From Alphaproteobacteria bacterium (GTDB taxonomy: Bacteria; Pseudomonadota; Alphaproteobacteria; JAJFIK01): DNA of 64,000 nt. Positions 29,741 to 38,904 of the stretch are shown here, one piece after another. The notes beneath the pieces were generated by a model. It was given only the letters and a program-made list of their open reading frames with translations. It did no database searches and was not told the origin of the DNA. The translations under genes and the position numbers were made by a program. Location of the stretch: NCBI GenBank assembly GCA_050331455.1, contig JBHJGV010000031.1, positions 29,098-93,097 of the forward strand, read 5' to 3'. The stretch's first letter is position 1. Every line of letters starts with the position of its first letter.

Positions 29741-30535
29741 TCAACCGCCCCAGGACGGGCTGCGCCGTTCCAGAAAGGCGGCGAGCCCTTCCTGCCCTTC
29801 CGTGCTCGCCCGGCGGTCGGCGATCCGCTTGGCCGTTTCCGAGCGCAGGCCCGTGTCGATTTCCCGCCACATGACATCCGGCACAAGCTTTTTCGCCGCC
29901 CGCACAGCGCCCGGCGCGCCCTTGAAAATCTGGGCGACGATGCGCTCTTCCTCCTCGGCGAGCGCCGTTTCGTCTTCGACAACAAAGTGAACAAGGCCCA
30001 TGCGCTCGGCATAGTCCGCATCGAAACTTTCACCGGTGACGAACAGGGCGCGGGCCCAGCGCGGACCGACGGCTTCGACGATATAGGGCGAAATCGTCGC
30101 CGGCGTGAGGCCGAGATGGACCTCGGAAAAGCGGAACATGGCGGCCTTGCACGCGATGGCGATGTCGCAGGCGGCCACAAGCCCCAGCCCGCCGCCCACG
30201 GCGGCCCCGTTGACAAGGGCAATGGTCGGCATGGGCAGGGTGTAGAGCCGGTGCAGCATCTCGGCGAGCGCCGATGCGTCCTCGACATTATCCGCATGGG
30301 TATAATGGGCGGCCGCCTTCATCCACTCAAGGTCCGCGCCCGCGGAGAAGCTGCGCCCGGAACCCTTGATCAGGACACAGCGCAACCCGTCCTGCCCCTT
30401 CAATTCCGCGAACAGATCGCTTAAGTGGGCGATCACATCATTGTTAAAGGCGTTATGACGCTCCGGCCGGTTGAGCGTGATGATGCCGACGCCGGCCCGC
30501 GTGGCATCGAACAGGATGGGCGTGTCTTCACTCAT
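29741..30535 (-). CDS. liuC: Enoyl-CoA hydratase (methylglutaconyl-CoA hydratase-like)
   Basis: LNRPERHNAF, FSAGADLEWM, GGGLGLVAACD, SEVHLGLTPATISPY. Confidence 0.85.
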   Translation of the reverse strand: MSEDTPILFDATRAGVGIITLNRPERHNAFNNDVIAHLSDLFAELKGQDGLRCVLIKGSGRSFSAGADLEWMKAAAHYTHADNVEDASALAEMLHRLYTLPMPTIALVNGAAVGGGLGLVAACDIAIACKAAMFRFSEVHLGLTPATISPYIVEAVGPRWARALFVTGESFDADYAERMGLVHFVVEDETALAEEEERIVAQIFKGAPGAVRAAKKLVPDVMWREIDTGLRSETAKRIADRRASTEGQEGLAAFLERRSPSWGG

Positions 30536-31062
30536 GCTGTGGCGTCCTTGTGTTGGGCCCGGGTGTCCTTAACATGGTCGATGAGCTGCAAGGCCATGGC
30601 GAGGCATCCGGGCGTGATTTTCGGCACGTCGCGAATCTTATCCGGATCGACGCGGAGGAGTTCTCCTTCGGAACAGACGATATCCTCCTCGGACACATTG
30701 ATGACCCCGAAACTATAGATCCGGATGGTCACGCCGCCCCGGAAGCGGCGCTCGCGATCCTCCAGCCGGATCAGATCGCCGGCGCGCAGATCGATGTTCA
30801 GCTCTTCCTTGATCTCCCGGATGGCCGCTTCCTCGGGCGTCTCGCCCTCATGGCCGCCGCCGCCGAAGGTGCCCACCATGCCGGGATTGACGATGCCGGG
30901 AATGTCATCGCGCTGCTGGACCAGCAATTTGCCGGACCGGCCCCACAGGATCACACCGGAATAGAAGGGGGGAACCTCTTTCGGCAACGGCGCAAGGGTC
31001 GTGTCGTCGGACTGGGACGCATTTTCGCTCAGGGATGGGCGGGACGGTGACGGTGTGGACAT
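30532..31062 (-). CDS. NUDIX hydrolase
   Basis: Nudix box GGGGHEGETPEEAAIREIKEELNI; stop overlaps the liuC start (ATGA). Confidence 0.88.
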   Translation of the reverse strand: MSTPSPSRPSLSENASQSDDTTLAPLPKEVPPFYSGVILWGRSGKLLVQQRDDIPGIVNPGMVGTFGGGGHEGETPEEAAIREIKEELNIDLRAGDLIRLEDRERRFRGGVTIRIYSFGVINVSEEDIVCSEGELLRVDPDKIRDVPKITPGCLAMALQLIDHVKDTRAQHKDATA

Positions 31063-31336
31063 GGGGAAAATCCTTTTCTCCGGTCGGGCCGTGGGATCAG
31101 GCTTCTGGCGGCGCGGCGTTCGACAACCGGCGCGCGCCACGGCGCCAGGGATGCTTCACCCTTTTAGCGCCAAGGTCCTGAAAAGACCCATGGTTCAATT
31201 TTCACTTTGTTTTTTAAACCTGTCGCTTTGGTGACACCCGGGCGCTGAGGTAAGGTTCACCGCATCCGGCGGCGTGATCGGTCACCGATCGTCCCGCCCC
31301 ACCGGATCGATACACCATATAAAGGGAGAACTGAGC

Positions 31337-34114
31337 ATGCACCGCACGATGCGGGCGCTCCTCGCCGGAGCCGCCTTGTGTTTGGGCCTCGGCGCGCCGG
31401 TCGCACCGGACGCGTCTTGGACACTGGCCCCCGCTGCCCAGGCCGCCGATGTCGACATCAATTTTGAGAAATTCACCTTGCCCAACGGCCTGCGCGTCGT
31501 CGTCCACGAGGACCGCAAGGCACCGGTCGTGGCCGTGAGCGTCTGGTACCACGTGGGCGCCAAGGACGAGCCCAAGGGCAAGTCGGGCTTTGCCCACCTG
31601 TTCGAGCATCTGATGTTCAATGGCTCGGAGAATTACGACGGGGAGTGGTTCACACCCTTAGAGGAAGTCGGCGCGACCGATCTCAATGGGACCACCTGGT
31701 ACGACCGCACAAATTACTTCCAAACCGTGCCCACAACGGCCCTGGACCGGGTCCTGTGGATGGAATCGGACCGCATGGGGCACCTTCTGGGCGCCGTCAC
31801 CCAGGACAAGCTCGACGAGCAGCGCGACGTGGTGAAGAACGAAAAGCGCCAGGGCGAGAACCAGCCCTATGGCCGCGCGTTCTACCGCATCGTGGAGCGC
31901 CTTTTCCCCTATGACCATCCGTACAACAACAATGTCATCGGCTCCATGGAGGACTTGAACGCCGCCAGCCTTGAGGACGTCAAGGACTGGTTCCGGACCT
32001 ATTACGGCCCCAACAATGCGGTTCTCGTGTTGGCGGGCGACATCGACGCCAAGTCCGCGCGTCCCCTGGTCGAGAAATATTTCGGCGACATCGAAGCCGG
32101 TCCGCCATTGACCCGCACGACCGCTATGGTGCCGGACCGCGGCGCCAACGCTTATGAGGTGATGGAAGACCGGGTGCCGCAAACTCGCCTCTACCGCGTT
32201 TGGGCCGTCCCCGGACAGACGACCCGCACCGCGCGGGAGCTGGAGGTCGCGGGCAACATCCTCGGCGGCGGCAAAAATTCCCGCCTCTACAAGCGGCTCG
32301 TCTATGACCTCCAGATCGCCACACGGGTCAGTCTGTACATGTACGATCTGGAGCTGACCAATCTCGTCGGCATCCAGATCGACGTGAAGCCCGGTGAGAG
32401 CGTTGAGCGGGCACGTGCGGAACTCGATATGATCCTGGAGACCTTCCGGGACAAGGGCCCGACCCGGGCCGAAGTCGAACTGGTCAAGACCAAGACGACC
32501 GCGGACATGATCCGTGGGCTGGAAAAGGTTGGCGGCTTCGGTGGCAAGGCGGTGACGCTGGCCCGGGGCGAGCTCTATGCGGGCGATCCCGGCTTCTATC
32601 AACAACGTCTGGACTGGATCGATGCCGCGACGCCGGCCTCCACGAAAGCGGCTGCGCGCCGCTGGATGGGCGATGGTTTCTTTGAACTGACGGTCGAGCC
32701 CTTTGACAAATTTTCGGCCGCGGACGAAGGCGCGGATCGCTCGGCGCTGCCGTCCGTGGACGATGCGCCCGGTCTGACATTCCCGGCCGTTGAGCAGGCC
32801 ACGCTGTCAAACGGCATGAAGGTCGTGTTCGCCCGCCGCGATACGATCCCCGTGGTGGAGATGTCCGTACAATTCGACGCAGGCTATGCGGCGGACAAGA
32901 GCGTCAAGCTCGGCACGGCCTCCTACACCATGGCGATGCTGGAAGAAGGCACCGAGAAGAAGAACGCCCTTGAGGTCGTTGCCGAGGCAGAACGTCTCGG
33001 TGCGGAGCTGTCGGCCGGATCCAATGTGGACGTTTCGTCGGTCAGCCTGTCGGCCCTGAAGGAAAACCTCGATCCCTCCATCGAGTTGATGGCGGAAGTC
33101 ATCCGGCAACCGGGCTTCCGGGACGAGGACATCGAGCGGCTGCGTCAGCGCTGGCTAGCCCGCATCTCCCAGGAGAAAGCCAATCCGGTCCCCCTCGCCC
33201 TGCGGCTGCTTCCGTCGCTGATGTATGGCGAGGACCATGCCTATGGCGTGCCCTTGACGGGCTCGGGGACGGAAGCGTCCATCAAGTCCCTGTCCGCCAC
33301 GGATCTGTCCACGTTCCACAAGACCTGGCTGCGGCCGGACAATGCGACCGTGTTCGTCGTCGGCGATACGACCCTTGACGCGATCACGCCGCTTCTTGAG
33401 AAGCATCTGGGCGACTGGAAGGCACCGGGTACGGACAAGCCGTCCAAGAATATCGCGGATGTGACGGTGCCCGATGAGCCGCGCATCTTCATCGTGGATC
33501 GTCCGGGCTCGCCCCAATCGCTCATCCTCGCCGGCCATGTGGCGCCGCCGAGCGGTGCCGAAAACAATGTCGCCATCGAAGCCCTGAATGACATTCTGGG
33601 CGGCGAGTTCTCCGCCCGCGTCAACATGAACCTGCGGGAGACCAAGGGTTGGGCCTATGGGGCGTACACCTTCCTGTTCGATGCCGAAGCGCAGCGGCCC
33701 TTCCTCGCCTACGCGCCGGTGCAGACGGACAAGACAGCCGAATCAATCAATGAGCTGATTACCGAGTTCAATGCGATTCGGAAAAACCGTCCGGCGACCC
33801 AGGAGGAATTGACTCGGGTGGTCCTCAACAGCACCCGTTCCTTGCCGGGCAGCTATGAGACCTCCGGTTCGGTCCTCGGCTCCTTGATCTCAAGTCACCG
33901 CTTCGGCCGGCCCTACGACTATCCGTCCACCTTGCCGGCGGCTTACAAGGCTCTGGATCTTAAGGCCATAAACAAGACCGCGCAGGAGCTGATTCGTCCC
34001 GGCGGTATTGTGTGGCTGGTGATCGGCGACCGTGCACAGATCGAGGACAAGATCCGGGCCTTGGATCTGGCGCCCGTGGCTCTGATGGACACGGATGGCA
34101 CCATTATAGACTGA
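31337..34114 (+). CDS. M16 family zinc metallopeptidase (secreted, PqqL-like)
   Basis: Signal peptide, inverted zinc motif HLFEH, NGTTWYDRTNY, second inactive half. Confidence 0.95.
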   Translation: MHRTMRALLAGAALCLGLGAPVAPDASWTLAPAAQAADVDINFEKFTLPNGLRVVVHEDRKAPVVAVSVWYHVGAKDEPKGKSGFAHLFEHLMFNGSENYDGEWFTPLEEVGATDLNGTTWYDRTNYFQTVPTTALDRVLWMESDRMGHLLGAVTQDKLDEQRDVVKNEKRQGENQPYGRAFYRIVERLFPYDHPYNNNVIGSMEDLNAASLEDVKDWFRTYYGPNNAVLVLAGDIDAKSARPLVEKYFGDIEAGPPLTRTTAMVPDRGANAYEVMEDRVPQTRLYRVWAVPGQTTRTARELEVAGNILGGGKNSRLYKRLVYDLQIATRVSLYMYDLELTNLVGIQIDVKPGESVERARAELDMILETFRDKGPTRAEVELVKTKTTADMIRGLEKVGGFGGKAVTLARGELYAGDPGFYQQRLDWIDAATPASTKAAARRWMGDGFFELTVEPFDKFSAADEGADRSALPSVDDAPGLTFPAVEQATLSNGMKVVFARRDTIPVVEMSVQFDAGYAADKSVKLGTASYTMAMLEEGTEKKNALEVVAEAERLGAELSAGSNVDVSSVSLSALKENLDPSIELMAEVIRQPGFRDEDIERLRQRWLARISQEKANPVPLALRLLPSLMYGEDHAYGVPLTGSGTEASIKSLSATDLSTFHKTWLRPDNATVFVVGDTTLDAITPLLEKHLGDWKAPGTDKPSKNIADVTVPDEPRIFIVDRPGSPQSLILAGHVAPPSGAENNVAIEALNDILGGEFSARVNMNLRETKGWAYGAYTFLFDAEAQRPFLAYAPVQTDKTAESINELITEFNAIRKNRPATQEELTRVVLNSTRSLPGSYETSGSVLGSLISSHRFGRPYDYPSTLPAAYKALDLKAINKTAQELIRPGGIVWLVIGDRAQIEDKIRALDLAPVALMDTDGTIID

Positions 34115-34136
34115 TAGAGCCCTAGGCTGGCTGTAT

Positions 34137-34163
34137 CCGGAGCCCGCCCGGGGCGGGCTCCGG
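34137..34163. terminator. Bidirectional terminator-like hairpin
   Basis: CCGGAGCCCGCC-cgg-GGCGGGCTCCGG between convergent genes. Confidence 0.7.
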
Positions 34164-34190
34164 TCGTCGCGATTTCAGGGCAGGCGACGA

Positions 34191-34370
34191 TCAAGCGTCC
34201 TCGGCGACCCGCAGGTCGGCCACGGGATGGGACGCATTCTGCCCCCGATCCCAAGCCACCGTTGCCACATCGCCTTCGACCTTCACGACACGGCCGGTAT
34301 CGAAGTCATCCGAGCCCGGCGTACCGGTTTCAACGCGGGTATCAACGGCGATTTCCTGACGATCGGTCAT
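34191..34370 (-). CDS. 59-aa small protein, predicted SH3/Tudor-like beta barrel
   Basis: Strong GAAGGAG RBS before ATG 34370; pattern RVETG...DTGRVVKVEGDVATVAWD...PVADL. Confidence 0.7.
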   Translation of the reverse strand: MTDRQEIAVDTRVETGTPGSDDFDTGRVVKVEGDVATVAWDRGQNASHPVADLRVAEDA

Positions 34371-34784
34371 GGAACTGTCTCCTTCATGTTTCCGTGCCCA
34401 AATGATAAGGGCGCGCAAAAAGCCGACCTGTCGGCACACACGATCATCCGTGCGCGCAGTCATCAACCGGTCAGCGCGCGCATTGGCGCAAAGCCTCTAA
34501 AGGAGATCAAGTTACCGTAAAGGAACCTTTATGAGAACTCGGTAAAGGAGCTTTCCCATTTCAGTGTCCACAAAAGGGCCTTAGTCGAGGGTATCCTTTA
34601 TAGAATCAAGGTCCAGCCTGTACCCACGCCAAGTCTCATTCCTAACCGACTGTATTCATTCAGATGTCACCTCGGGCCGTGACTGGACCACGCTTACGCC
34701 TTGCGATGGGCAGTCTGGTCTTGGCACCGCGCCCCGGCATCCGCCTCACATTGATCCGCCGCCATAAATCTGCGAACACCCTTT

Positions 34785-34853
34785 CAAGATCCGTTAACCA
34801 AGACTGGCAAGATCCGTTAACTAAGAACGGCAAGATCCGATAACCAAAAAGGG
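34785..34853 (+). repeat. Three tandem 23-bp direct repeats
   Basis: CAAGATCCGTTAACCAAGACTGG / CAAGATCCGTTAACTAAGAACGG / CAAGATCCGATAACCAAAAAGGG. Confidence 0.9.
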
Positions 34854-34861
34854 GATGTTCC

Positions 34862-35755
34862 ATGAACCGGCCCGTCGACCCAGACCCCGTTCACCCGCAG
34901 ACCGGAACGGCTCCGATGGCGGAGGGCCCCGTACCGCCCGAGGACCTGCGCACGGCCGACGCGCTTCTCGCCATCATGGGTCATTTGCGGCATCCGGACT
35001 ATGGCTGCCAGTGGGACCGGGAGCAGACCTATGCCTCCATTGCGCATTACACGGTGGAAGAAGCCTTCGAAGTGGACGATGCCATCCGCCAGGGCGACAT
35101 TCCGGGGCTTCGGGACGAGTTGGGAGACCTGCTTCTCCAGGTGGCCTTCCATTCGACCATCGCCCAGGAGCGAGGCGATTTCACGTTCGCCGATGTGGCC
35201 GAGGCCATCTGCACAAAAATGATCCGCCGTCATCCCCATGTCTTCGGCTCGGCCGAGCAACGGGCGGCTGGGGTCCAGCACGGCGCGTGGGAAACGCAAA
35301 AGGCCGAAGAGCGGGCCGCGGCGGCCGCCCGGCGGGGCGCCACGGCCAGCGGCGTGCTCGATGACGTGCCCCTCGCCCTTCCCGCCCTGATGAGAGCGCA
35401 AAAACTCCAGAAACGCGTTGCCCGGGTCGGCTTTGACTGGGAGCACACCGACGGCGTTCTGGACAAGATTGTCGAGGAGGCCGGTGAGTTGACCGAAGCG
35501 GTCATCCTCGGCCAATCGAAAGAGCGGATTGCGGAAGAATTTGGCGACCTTTTGTTCACCGTGGTCTGTCTCGCCCGCCACTTCGATCTCGATGCGGAGG
35601 AGACGCTGCGCGCCGCCAATGCCAAATTCGAACGCCGCTTCCGCGCCATGGAGCACCAGGCCCGGGCCGAAGGGGCCCCCCTCGCCGAGGGGACGGATGG
35701 CGACCGCCTCGACGCGCTGTGGCAGGCGGCCAAGGCCGGGGAAAAAGCCGTCTGA
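34862..35755 (+). CDS. mazG: Nucleoside triphosphate pyrophosphohydrolase
   Basis: GCQWDREQT, EEAFEV, ELGDLLLQV, IRRHPHVF, EEFGDLLF, ANAKFERRF; start may be 34916. Confidence 0.96.
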   Translation: MNRPVDPDPVHPQTGTAPMAEGPVPPEDLRTADALLAIMGHLRHPDYGCQWDREQTYASIAHYTVEEAFEVDDAIRQGDIPGLRDELGDLLLQVAFHSTIAQERGDFTFADVAEAICTKMIRRHPHVFGSAEQRAAGVQHGAWETQKAEERAAAAARRGATASGVLDDVPLALPALMRAQKLQKRVARVGFDWEHTDGVLDKIVEEAGELTEAVILGQSKERIAEEFGDLLFTVVCLARHFDLDAEETLRAANAKFERRFRAMEHQARAEGAPLAEGTDGDRLDALWQAAKAGEKAV

Positions 35756-35891
35756 GCCGCCCACACCGCGCATCGGCATCGCGGTGTTCGGGCGCCGCGC
35801 CGCTTTAGGGGATCTTAGGGACAGTTGGTCAATGCTCTGTGCGCAGGAAGCGCGGTCATGAGACGGCGCCCACGAGACTCGGAGCGACCCG

Positions 35892-38057
35892 GTGGCCCCT
35901 TCGTTCGATACGGATGACCATTACCTGGAGCGTGAGCTTTACGCCAAAATCCGTTCCGATCCCGCCCTTTTTGACTTTCTGCAAAACGGATGCCTCGACG
36001 GGCTGTGGTATTGGGATCTGGAAAATCCCGACCAGGAATGGCTCAGCCCGCGGTTCAAGGCCGTGTTCGGATACGGGGCCGACGAAATGGCCAACTCCCC
36101 GGACTGGTGGAAGGCCAATATCCATCCCGACGATCTTGAACGCGTGTTGGACAATTTCGAGCGCCACAAGAATGATCCGTCCCATCCCTATGATCAGGTG
36201 GTCCGCTACCGTCACAAATCGGGACGGATGATCTGGATCCGCTGCCGCGGTCTGATCATAAGGGACGAGACCGGCCGGCCCATTCGAATGCTGGGCGCCC
36301 ATACGGACGTTACGGATTTCAAGCAGACGGAGCTGCGCCTGCTTGCCAGCGAACAGCAGCACCAGGAACAGCTGGAAATGCTGCACGCAGCCGAAGAACT
36401 TGGCCTCGTCGGGCACTGGCATTTCAATCCGCGGACCGAAACCCTCTACTGGTCGAAGCAGGTCTTCCGCATTCACGGCCTCGACCCGGACGGTTCTGAG
36501 CCCAGTGTGGAAGACGCCATCAATTTTTATCACCCCGAGGACCGCGACCGGGTCTCGGCCGCCGTGGCACGGGCCGTCGAGACATCCGAACCCTACGATA
36601 TCGAAGCCCGGATTATCCGGCCCGACGGGTCCATTCGCGATGTCATCAGCCGAGGGATGTGCGCGCGTGCGGGTGACGGCTCCGCCGACCACATGTTCGG
36701 CATTTTTCTTGATGTGACAGACCGAAAGGCCGCCGAACGGCGCACCGCCTATCTGGCCTATCACGACGCCTTGACGGGCCTGTCCAACCGCACCGGGTTC
36801 CAGGATGCCCTGAAAAGCATCGCCGATGGGGGTGACTGGACCGGCGACACCCTTGCCCTCCTGGTCATCGATCTGGACCGCTTCAAGGAAATCAATGACA
36901 CCTTCGGCCATCCGGCGGGAGACGATTTTCTGGAGGCCATCGCCCGTCGCATTGCATCGGCGGTCAAGGAGGCCGACATGGTGGCCCGCCTCGGCGGCGA
37001 CGAGTTCGCGGTGATCCTCAAAGATCCGCACACGCCTGAAGATGCCGAGGCCGTGGCCGATCGGATCATTAAGAGTGTCGAGGCCCCCCTGGCCCTTTCA
37101 TCCTGCGGATCCGCGCCCCTTTGGCCCGGATGCAGCATCGGCGTGCGGTTTGCGCGAAAGGCAGAAGGTCTGTCCTCCATTCAGTTCATGGCCGATGCCG
37201 ATATCGCCCTCTATGAAGCCAAGTCCGCCGGGCGGCGTCAGGCATGCCTCTATCGGCCCGCCCTGCGTCAGGATCTGGAGCGCACACGGATTGAAGGGCA
37301 GACCTTGAAACGGGCTCTGGAGGCCGGCGAACTGTTGTTGCACTGGCAACCCTTCGTGTCCTCGCGCACCGGAGGATATGAAGGCGCCGAAGCGCTGTTG
37401 CGCTGGCAGCATCCCGAGCTGGGCCTGATCGGTCCGGACCGGTTCGCCCTGTCCCTCCAGGACGATGGGCTCATGCGGGAGATCGATCTCTGGGTGCTGC
37501 GCACTGCCCTGCAACAGACCCAACGCTGCGATACAAAGACGATCACCCGGGGGCTGCTCGCGGTCAATATCGCCGGGGAGCGCCTGGCGAACAACCGGAC
37601 CCGGGATGCCCTCGTCGAGACCATCGGTGGGTCAAAGGCCGGGGCGCGCCGCCTGATCCTTGAGATCAGCGAGGACGTGGTGCTCAGTCGGCAGGCCGAC
37701 CAGATCTTCGATGCGCTCGGGCGCCTGAGATCCATGGGCGTACGGATCGCCCTGGACGATTTCGGGACCGGCAAGGCCACGCTGGCCCATTTGAAAGACC
37801 TGCCGGTGGATTTCATCAAAATCGCCCGGTCCTTCGTGGAACAGGTGCACACGCGGGACCATAACAAGGTGATCGTCCAGGCCATTATCGGCCTGGCCCA
37901 TGGGCTTGGGGCACGGACCATTGGCGAAGGGGTAGAGCGTCATGAAGAAGCGGATCTGCTGCGCCAAATGGGTTGCGATTCCCTCCAGGGCTACCTGATC
38001 GGCCGCCCCATGGCGCTGGAGGCACTCGGAGCATGCGCGCGCAAGCTGGCAGCCTGA
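35892..38057 (+). CDS. PAS-PAS-GGDEF-EAL diguanylate cyclase/phosphodiesterase
   Basis: Two PAS_3-like domains, RLGGDEF, EALLRW, ALDDFGTG, GEGVE, QGY. Confidence 0.95.
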   Translation: MAPSFDTDDHYLERELYAKIRSDPALFDFLQNGCLDGLWYWDLENPDQEWLSPRFKAVFGYGADEMANSPDWWKANIHPDDLERVLDNFERHKNDPSHPYDQVVRYRHKSGRMIWIRCRGLIIRDETGRPIRMLGAHTDVTDFKQTELRLLASEQQHQEQLEMLHAAEELGLVGHWHFNPRTETLYWSKQVFRIHGLDPDGSEPSVEDAINFYHPEDRDRVSAAVARAVETSEPYDIEARIIRPDGSIRDVISRGMCARAGDGSADHMFGIFLDVTDRKAAERRTAYLAYHDALTGLSNRTGFQDALKSIADGGDWTGDTLALLVIDLDRFKEINDTFGHPAGDDFLEAIARRIASAVKEADMVARLGGDEFAVILKDPHTPEDAEAVADRIIKSVEAPLALSSCGSAPLWPGCSIGVRFARKAEGLSSIQFMADADIALYEAKSAGRRQACLYRPALRQDLERTRIEGQTLKRALEAGELLLHWQPFVSSRTGGYEGAEALLRWQHPELGLIGPDRFALSLQDDGLMREIDLWVLRTALQQTQRCDTKTITRGLLAVNIAGERLANNRTRDALVETIGGSKAGARRLILEISEDVVLSRQADQIFDALGRLRSMGVRIALDDFGTGKATLAHLKDLPVDFIKIARSFVEQVHTRDHNKVIVQAIIGLAHGLGARTIGEGVERHEEADLLRQMGCDSLQGYLIGRPMALEALGACARKLAA

Positions 38058-38064
38058 GGGGCCG

Positions 38065-38886
38065 TCAGGCCGGCGCGCCGTCCCACAAGATATCGCGGAC
38101 CATGAGCCAGGTTTCGTCCTGGGCCGTCGCAAGCAGTCCGGTACGGCCCTTGATGTCCGGCCGGTAGGGCGTGTTGTCCAGAAAGGCAACCCGACCGCCC
38201 GCTTCCGTGACGATCAGGGCACCCATGGCGTGGTCCCAGCATTTTGTGCGCCAGAACAGGGCATGGTCGAGATCGCCGCGAGCCATATGCACATAGGTGT
38301 GGCCCGCACAGTAGAATTCCTTGTTGGACCGGAACGAGGACAGGCGTGGCCTGACGAATCGCCCCTTTTCCTTCGGCATATAGCGCACATGGACGGAACC
38401 GCGCATGCGGTGGGGGTCGGTCTCGGCGGAGGGTTCAAAGGGCACGCCGTCCAGGACGGCGCCGGAGCCCCGTTCGGCGAGCGCCATCTGGTCGTCCACG
38501 GGCAGATAGATCCATGCCGCCACCGTTTCACCGGCCTTGACCAGGGCCACCATCACACAAAACACGTCCGTACCCCGAGCGAAATTGGCGGTACCGTCGA
38601 CGGGATCGATGATCCAGACCGCGCCCGGATCGTTCAGATGGCCAAGGATCGCCTCGTCGGCCGCGACGGCCTCCTCCCCCACGACGAGGGAACCGGGGAT
38701 GAGGGCCGCAAGCCCCTCCGTCAGCCGACGCTCCGTGGCGAGATCGGCATCCGTCACCTGATCGCCCGGGCCCTTCTCATGGATCTCGTGGCGCTTCAGA
38801 TTGCGCCAGCGCGGCATGATCTCCTCGGCGGCCACGCTCCGGATCAGGTCCGAAACCCGGTCAAGCTCCAATCGTCCCGATACCAT
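38065..38886 (-). CDS. Inositol monophosphatase family protein
   Basis: VTDAD, VGEE, WIIDPVDGTANF, WDHAMG. Confidence 0.9.
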   Translation of the reverse strand: MVSGRLELDRVSDLIRSVAAEEIMPRWRNLKRHEIHEKGPGDQVTDADLATERRLTEGLAALIPGSLVVGEEAVAADEAILGHLNDPGAVWIIDPVDGTANFARGTDVFCVMVALVKAGETVAAWIYLPVDDQMALAERGSGAVLDGVPFEPSAETDPHRMRGSVHVRYMPKEKGRFVRPRLSSFRSNKEFYCAGHTYVHMARGDLDHALFWRTKCWDHAMGALIVTEAGGRVAFLDNTPYRPDIKGRTGLLATAQDETWLMVRDILWDGAPA

Positions 38887-38904
38887 CGCAAGGCCCCTTC
38901 CCTC

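Noticed and set aside
34785-34853. 23-bp repeats as a CRISPR array
   Set aside because: Units are contiguous with no spacers, and there are no cas genes.
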